45,827 nucleotides of DNA. It comes from Beijerinckiaceae bacterium. Lineage in GTDB: Bacteria; Pseudomonadota; Alphaproteobacteria; Rhizobiales; Beijerinckiaceae. A program made the translations under genes and the position numbers. Shown here in pieces: positions 40,786 to 45,827 of this stretch (position 1 is its first letter; every line of letters starts with the position of its first letter). Below the pieces are notes generated by a model that worked only from the letters and a program-made list of their open reading frames with translations, made no database searches and was not told the origin of the DNA. Location of the stretch: the NCBI GenBank assembly GCA_018882635.1, contig VERN01000001.1:1-45827 (forward strand), given 5' to 3'.

Positions 40786-41763
40786 GTGTTGCAGCAAAGG
40801 TTGCCGGCTTTATACGGGACCGCTTTCAACCCGGAGCCGGATGGGACCGTTTTGGCCCCGCTGACCGCCGCCGATGGGGTTCACCTGAGGGGCGCTTTCT
40901 GGCCCAGCGATGGGACGCCGCGCGGGACGCTTGTGGCTCTGCAAGGCCGCAGCGAAACCATTGAAAAATATTTCGAGACCATCGGCGCGTGGCGGGCGCG
41001 GGGCTTCGCGGTGTTTGCCTTTGATTGGCGTGGACAGGGAGGCTCCCAGCGCCTTCTTCCAGACCGTCGCAAAGGGCATGTGGCGGATTTTGCAGATTAT
41101 CAACGTGATCTTGATGCCGCGATGGCATGGCTGCGGGAACAAAATGCCCCCACCCCTTTCTATGGTTTTGGACATTCGATGGGCGGCGCTCTCCTGATCG
41201 ACGCGTTGCTGAGGCAGCCGTCTTTATTTGTGCGCGCAGCGACAACGGCGCCGATGCTGGATGTGGTGTTGGTGAGCCATACGGTTTGGGCCGGACGTCT
41301 GGCCGCGGCGCTCGCGGCCATTGGGCTTGGCACACATTACGTGCCCAATGGCGGGCCCAACCCGGTTCTATTCAAGCCGTTCGAGAATAATTTTCTGACG
41401 CGCGATAGTGAGCGCCATCAACGCTCACGCCAAATTCTCGAAGCAGCACCCCAGCTCGCGCTCGGTGATCCCACAATTCAATGGGTGGCGACATCGTTTG
41501 CCGCTATGGCGCGCCTCAGGCAAACAGCTGCGTCCGTCACGACGCCACTTCTCGGCGTTGCCAGCGCGCATGACCGCGTTACATCAACCCTTGCAGCACA
41601 AGCGTTTTTTGATGCTTTGCCGCATGGAGAATTTCTTTCGTTAGCAGATTGCGAACATGAAATTCTGATTGAAACCGATGCGGTGCAAAGCCGGTTTTGG
41701 CGTGCCTTCGATGATTTTATGGCACGCGATGCGCTCAACCCTGCGCGAGTTTCTTCAGGATAA
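40786..41763 (+). CDS. Alpha/beta hydrolase, lysophospholipase L2 (PldB)-like
   Basis: QGRSETIEKY, FDWRGQGGS, GHSMGG nucleophile elbow, HEILIE; exact start uncertain. Confidence 0.85.
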   Translation: MLQQRLPALYGTAFNPEPDGTVLAPLTAADGVHLRGAFWPSDGTPRGTLVALQGRSETIEKYFETIGAWRARGFAVFAFDWRGQGGSQRLLPDRRKGHVADFADYQRDLDAAMAWLREQNAPTPFYGFGHSMGGALLIDALLRQPSLFVRAATTAPMLDVVLVSHTVWAGRLAAALAAIGLGTHYVPNGGPNPVLFKPFENNFLTRDSERHQRSRQILEAAPQLALGDPTIQWVATSFAAMARLRQTAASVTTPLLGVASAHDRVTSTLAAQAFFDALPHGEFLSLADCEHEILIETDAVQSRFWRAFDDFMARDALNPARVSSG

Positions 41764-42523
41764 TCTCATGCAGGCGCTTGTCGCCCGACGCAACGATGGC
41801 ACCTCCTTCGGCTGCCGGTCCGCCATCCCAATTCGTGATGACGCCGCCTGCCCCTTCGACAATCGGGACGAGCGCAACAATGTCGTGCGGCTTGAGACCG
41901 GCCTCCACCACAGCATCAACATGGCCCGCGGCAAGCACACAATAGGCGTAACAATCGCAGCCATAGCGCGTGAGGCGCACATCGCGCTCGACCGACAAAT
42001 AACGATCACGGAATTCATCCGGAATTAATTGCGGCGCCGTTGTCATCAAGGTTGCATCGGCGAGCGATGTGCATTCACGCGTCTTGAGCGCCCGCTCACC
42101 ACTCAGCCCACGCCAACGGGCCTGGCCGCCATCGCCCCAGAACCGCTCCCGCGTGAAGGGCTGGTTCATCATGCCGAGAACCGGGCGGCCCTTCTGCAAA
42201 AGGCCGATCAATGTTCCCCAGACGGGCAGGCCGGAAATGAAGGCTTTGGTTCCATCGATGGGATCCAGCACCCAGCAAAATTCAGAATCAGCGTTTTCAG
42301 CGCCATATTCCTCACCGACGATGCCGTGAGCTGGGAATTGCCGCTTGATGAGCTGACGCATCGAGGCTTCGCTGGCCCGATCTGCCTCCGTGACCGGGTC
42401 AAAGACGCCTCCGCGGGACTTATCGCTCGCGGCAATGGCGGTTCGGAAAAACGGAGTGATCGCCGCGCCCGAGACATCAGCCAATTGGTGCAGGAAGGCA
42501 TTCATATCGACGGGAGCGGACAT
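41735..42523 (-). CDS. hisN: Histidinol-phosphatase, inositol monophosphatase family
   Basis: FDPVTEADR, GEEYG, WVLDPIDGTKAF, CDCYAY, LKPHDIVALVPIVEGAGG. Confidence 0.88.
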   Translation of the reverse strand: MSAPVDMNAFLHQLADVSGAAITPFFRTAIAASDKSRGGVFDPVTEADRASEASMRQLIKRQFPAHGIVGEEYGAENADSEFCWVLDPIDGTKAFISGLPVWGTLIGLLQKGRPVLGMMNQPFTRERFWGDGGQARWRGLSGERALKTRECTSLADATLMTTAPQLIPDEFRDRYLSVERDVRLTRYGCDCYAYCVLAAGHVDAVVEAGLKPHDIVALVPIVEGAGGVITNWDGGPAAEGGAIVASGDKRLHEIILKKLAQG

Positions 42524-42641
42524 AGGTGGGGTTCCGGGCGGGATTTGAGCCGCTGTAGCCTTGGTGGGTGACCTTGGCAATGGCCTTGCGTCATGCGCAT
42601 GGCCGGAATGCGCGCCGCCTCACGAAAATACGTCAGCATCC

Positions 42642-42676
42642 CTTGCCTTTTGTGCGGTGCAATGCAATATTGTGCA
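42642..42676 (+). promoter_or_regulatory. Promoter of the sRNA with a PhaR/AniA-like box
   Basis: CTTGCC, 17 nt, CAATAT (rhizobial sigma70 pattern); TGCGGTGCA (42653-42661) fits TGC-N3-GCA; TTGTGCA at 42670-42676. Confidence 0.55.
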
Positions 42677-42762
42677 TGTGCGGTGGCGCTGAGCGTTACC
42701 ACACAGCCCTCCTTGGGCGTTTCCTCCCTAGACTTGGGCCGCCGCATGGCGGCCTTTTTTTT
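42677..42762 (+). ncRNA. mmgR: MmgR / suhB (alpha-r8 family) small RNA
   Basis: 5' hairpin, core CCCTCCTTGGGCGTTTCCTCCCTAGACTT, terminator GGCCGCC-GCAT-GGCGGCC-T8; sits between an IMPase-family gene and N-formylglutamate amidohydrolase, the known context. 5' end inferred from the promoter. Confidence 0.85.
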
Positions 42763-42794
42763 GGCCGCTGGCCTATCTCTCTGGTTTAAAAGCG

Positions 42795-43688
42795 TTATTC
42801 TGCGGCAAGGCGCTGTTCGCCGCACCCCGAGGCGGCGATCAGGTCAGCGATCATGCCATCGAGATCGGCCTGAAGACGGGCGAAGCCGTCGTGAGGCTTC
42901 AGGGCCCGCTCGTCCATATAGAGACCGCGATTGACCTCGATTTGCATGGCGTGGATGGCATTGGATGGCGTGCCATAATGTTCAGTGATGAACCCGCCTG
43001 CATAGGGCCTGTTGCGTCCGACACGGTAACCGCGGGCCCTGAGCGCGTTCTCAACGATCTCGACAAAAAACGGCGCGGCACTCGTGCCGAACCGATCGCC
43101 AATGACGATATCGGCGCGCTGGCCCTCGTCACGATGGGCCCCGACCGACGGCATGGAATGACAATCAATCAGGATTGCGATGCCAAACCGGCGCTGCTGC
43201 TCGCGCAGGAGGTCACGCAGGGTCCGGTGATAGGGCTTATAGAGCCGCTCAATCCGATCCAGCGCATCGGCAACCGGCATTTTGCGGGCATAGATCTCCT
43301 GCTGGTCACCGACAATCCGGGCAATCGTGCCAAGGCCGCCGGCCACGCGCATGGACCGCGAATTAGCGAAAGACGGCAGACGGCCCTCAAACATGCGCGG
43401 ATCGAGCTCGTAAGGCTCCCGGTTCACATCCAAGAAGGCCCGGGGGAAATGCGCCCGTAAGAGAGGGGCACCGCGCTCAAGCGCCGGGGCAAACAGCGTG
43501 TCGACGAAGCAATCCTCCGATTTGCGGAGGGTGACCGGATCAAGCCGCGAGGCCTCGAGGAAGGATTGCGGATAGATCGCTCCCGAGTGAGGCGAGTTAA
43601 ACACCAGCGGAACAGTAATAATTGGGGGCTTAAGGACCTCAAAGGCTGGCTGATCAGCACCCTGTTCGTGAAAAATACCCGCCTGCAT
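42795..43688 (-). CDS. N-formylglutamate amidohydrolase family protein
   Basis: NSPHSG, SEDCFVD, LDVNREPYELD, LIDCHSMPS, IVIGDRFG, PYAGGFIT, QIEVNR. Confidence 0.92.
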   Translation of the reverse strand: MQAGIFHEQGADQPAFEVLKPPIITVPLVFNSPHSGAIYPQSFLEASRLDPVTLRKSEDCFVDTLFAPALERGAPLLRAHFPRAFLDVNREPYELDPRMFEGRLPSFANSRSMRVAGGLGTIARIVGDQQEIYARKMPVADALDRIERLYKPYHRTLRDLLREQQRRFGIAILIDCHSMPSVGAHRDEGQRADIVIGDRFGTSAAPFFVEIVENALRARGYRVGRNRPYAGGFITEHYGTPSNAIHAMQIEVNRGLYMDERALKPHDGFARLQADLDGMIADLIAASGCGEQRLAAE

Positions 43689-43912
43689 CGGAAGCCGCTC
43701 TGCTTTGCCGTTCTTTGATTACTATGCGCGCAAATCGGCCGTGCCGTCCATCGCTACGCGTTGACTGCACCTTTCGGGCCAAGTGTGGGATCAACCAATG
43801 CGGGATTAGACGGAAGCTGATCGGCCAACAACAGGATCGTTATGCCATTTCGGACAGGACGGGCCTATTTCGGCCCAATCTCTTAACCAATCACGCCAAA
43901 AAACGACCGGTC

Positions 43913-43928
43913 TTCACTTCTTGTTTAC
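43913..43928 (+). promoter_or_regulatory. Degenerate CtrA-box-like site upstream of cpdR
   Basis: TTCA-CTTCTTG-TTTAC (two mismatches to TTAA-N7-TTAAC), plus a TTAACC half-site at 43883. Confidence 0.35.
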
Positions 43929-43966
43929 CGGCTTCGCGCTTGATGGGGCCAAGACGGGGTTGAAGC

Positions 43967-44350
43967 ATGATTTCTGACGACGGTTCTCTCCAGCGTATCC
44001 TTCTGGCTGAAGACGACAATGATATGCGGCGCTTTCTTGTGAAGGCGCTCGAAAATGCCGGTTTTGAGGTTGCGTCCTACGACAATGGCCTCTCTGCCTA
44101 TAATCGGCTGCGCGAAGAGCCATTCGAATTGCTGTTGACGGATATTGTGATGCCCGAAATGGACGGCATCGAGCTTGCCCGTCGCGCCACCGAACTCGAC
44201 CCCGATATCAAGGTGATGTTCATCACCGGTTTTGCGGCTGTCGCGCTCAATCCCGATTCTCAGGCCCCTAAAGACGCGAAAATCCTCTCTAAGCCTTTCC
44301 ACCTGCGAGACCTCGTCTCCGAGGTGCAGAAAATGCTGATTGCGGCCTGA
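43967..44350 (+). CDS. cpdR: Single-domain response regulator CpdR
   Basis: RILLAEDDNDMRRFL, LTDIVMPEMDGIELARRA, MFITGFAAVAL, SKPFHLRDLV; next to tRNA-Val and the amidohydrolase. Confidence 0.95.
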   Translation: MISDDGSLQRILLAEDDNDMRRFLVKALENAGFEVASYDNGLSAYNRLREEPFELLLTDIVMPEMDGIELARRATELDPDIKVMFITGFAAVALNPDSQAPKDAKILSKPFHLRDLVSEVQKMLIAA

Positions 44351-44379
44351 TCGCTCCTGATCGGTGCCGGTTTTGCGGC

Positions 44380-44408
44380 TTGCCAGAGCGAGGGCAAGCG
44401 GCTAGAAG
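44380..44408 (+). promoter_or_regulatory. Putative tRNA promoter
   Basis: TTGCCA, 17 nt, TAGAAG upstream of the tRNA. Confidence 0.5.
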
Positions 44409-44440
44409 ACCGGCCATCCCGAACCGCCATGGTTCTAGGC

Positions 44441-44515
<75 letters not shown>

Positions 44516-44617
44516 CTCCTTTCTTCAACTAAGTCGTTGAACACGCAAATGATTGTTGCCCCAAGCAGCAGTCTTTGCGTGCTCGTAACCCTCAGATTTT
44601 CCTTACATTTTTAGGCG

Positions 44618-44755
44618 CTCTGCAAAATCCAAACGCCAAAATCTGTGCGTTTTTGATTGTTCTGCACGAACAAGAGCTTAGCGCCTGTTTTGGGTTGTTC
44701 GCAGCACTTCCGCGCTGCTGCAGACGGTTGCCCATTTTGCAGAGTTTTTGCAGAG
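44618..44755. repeat. Candidate integrase arm-type sites
   Basis: ATTTTGCAGAG (44734-44744) and TTTTGCAGAG (44746-44755) in tandem, with an exact inverted copy CTCTGCAAAAT (44618-44628). Confidence 0.7.
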
Positions 44756-44762
44756 TTTCCCT

Positions 44763-45827
44763 ATGGGGCGTAGGGCAAAAAACAGCTCAATAGAAGTGGT
44801 TGAGGGGCTGTATCTCAAACCTCAACCCAACACCGTCAATCTGCAAGCCTATTGTCGCATCAATGGACAGTCGTTCCGCAAGAGCGTTGGCACAGACAAT
44901 GTTAGCAAAGCTAAGTCAGCAGCTTTGGAGTGGTATTACGACTTAAAGCAGCAAGCGAAGAAAGGCTTGCTGCTGAAGAAGACGAGCTTCAACACGCTGT
45001 GTGCTGAATATCTCAAAACCATTCCTACAAGTGGTGCTAAATTTGCCTATCACGCACCTACTATCGAACGTCACTTTGAACCATACTTTGGCAAATACGC
45101 TGACATACGATTGATTACAGAAGGCACAGTCAGCGATTATCTCGTGCATAGACGCACGAAAAATAAGACAGAACCAACACCACAAACGCTGAACCGCGAG
45201 AACACTGTGCTGAGGCAGCTGTTCCAATACGCAGCCACACAGCGTTGGATGGCTGAACCAATAACAGTGCCCTTCAGCAACCAGTCACAAACAGTTCGTA
45301 GGCGCCGTCACTTCACGAGCGAGGAATACAGAATACTTCTTAAAACAGCCAAGGCACGCATCACTGCAAGCAAGAACGAACCACGCCAACGCCACGTGCG
45401 GCAGAACAGACTGTTGCTGTATGATGTGATCATCTTACTCGCCAACAGTGGCATGCGTGTGGACGAGATGAAGACTGTCACATGGCGCGGAGTTGATTGG
45501 GACAAGGGCGACATCATCCTTGAACGTGCGGGCAAGAAGAAGAGCAATCGCCGTGTTGTGTTACGCAAGAGCGCGGTGAATGCGCTCACACGCATCGCCA
45601 AGCGTCGCCAAGCATGGCTCAGAGCCAATGACAAAGCAGACAAGCTCAACCCCAACGAGCGAGCCATCGCACTGCCTAATGGCACGCCAGTGAACGATTT
45701 CAAGAAAGCATTCCGCGACTTACTGAGTGATTGCGGTTTCGTTTACAAAGACGCGAAGGATAGGCACACGCTGACGAGCCTACGCCATACCTACGCTACG
45801 TTCTCGCTCACGCGAACACGCGGCAAG
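44763..45827 (+). CDS. Tyrosine recombinase / phage-type integrase (3'-truncated by window edge; absent from ORF track)
   Basis: Hand translation gives 355 open codons: MGRRAKNSSIEVVEGLYLK...RKSVGT...PQTLNRENTVLRQLF...LLANSGMRVDEM...HTLTSLRHTYATF, i.e. box I Arg and box II LRHT. Confidence 0.92.
   Translation, partial: MGRRAKNSSIEVVEGLYLKPQPNTVNLQAYCRINGQSFRKSVGTDNVSKAKSAALEWYYDLKQQAKKGLLLKKTSFNTLCAEYLKTIPTSGAKFAYHAPTIERHFEPYFGKYADIRLITEGTVSDYLVHRRTKNKTEPTPQTLNRENTVLRQLFQYAATQRWMAEPITVPFSNQSQTVRRRRHFTSEEYRILLKTAKARITASKNEPRQRHVRQNRLLLYDVIILLANSGMRVDEMKTVTWRGVDWDKGDIILERAGKKKSNRRVVLRKSAVNALTRIAKRRQAWLRANDKADKLNPNERAIALPNGTPVNDFKKAFRDLLSDCGFVYKDAKDRHTLTSLRHTYATFSLTRTRGK

Larger units (their letters stand above)
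44516..45827 (+). mobile_element. Left end of an integrative element (island or prophage) inserted at tRNA-Val
   Basis: Shift to AT-richer sequence right after the tRNA CCA, no GC-rich tRNA terminator, att-like repeats, then a tyrosine integrase; continues past the window. Confidence 0.85.

Noticed and set aside
40666-40797. 44-aa N-terminal extension of the small heat-shock protein
   Set aside because: This region is the RpoH promoter and ROSE leader; the GGAGGA SD defines the start at 40665.
41735-41763. 29-bp convergent overlap of the hydrolase and hisN 3' ends
   Set aside because: Short convergent overlaps are common and imply no special function.
44943-45703. Two minus-strand ORFs (94 aa and 131 aa) listed after the tRNA
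   Set aside because: They are antisense to the continuous plus-strand integrase frame, which carries the catalytic motifs.

Overview
Mostly core chromosome of an alphaproteobacterium, very probably Hyphomicrobiales/Rhizobiales (gcrA, cpdR, an MmgR/suhB-type sRNA, a ROSE thermometer, CtrA-like boxes). Gene order: end of pstC-pstA-pstB-phoU-phoB; gcrA; argD-argF-hslO; acyl-CoA dehydrogenase plus SDR; cobalt-type nitrile hydratase (alpha, beta, accessory) converging on a His-rich Ni/Co transporter and a DUF1007-type periplasmic protein; a fused indolepyruvate:ferredoxin oxidoreductase followed by an acyl-CoA ligase / Liv-type ABC / PaaK-like cluster; hemH; kdsD; a beta-barrel OMP; galU; a lytic transglycosylase; a small AT-richer RTX protein; gltBD; threonine aldolase; a small heat-shock gene; an alpha/beta hydrolase; hisN; the sRNA; N-formylglutamate amidohydrolase; cpdR; tRNA-Val(GAC). 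After the tRNA the window enters an integrative element: att-like repeats plus a tyrosine integrase (44763 to the window edge) that the ORF track missed. I cannot demonstrate a new biological system here. The best leads are the tRNA-Val island (its cargo lies outside the window), the His-rich nitrile hydratase/cobalt-handling module, the IOR-CoA ligase-ABC cluster behind a perfect operator, several structured non-coding leaders (gltB, argD, a ROSE with duplicated hairpins), and kilobase-scale GC waves that appear to peak at promoters. All calls come from motif recognition by eye; no database searches were run.
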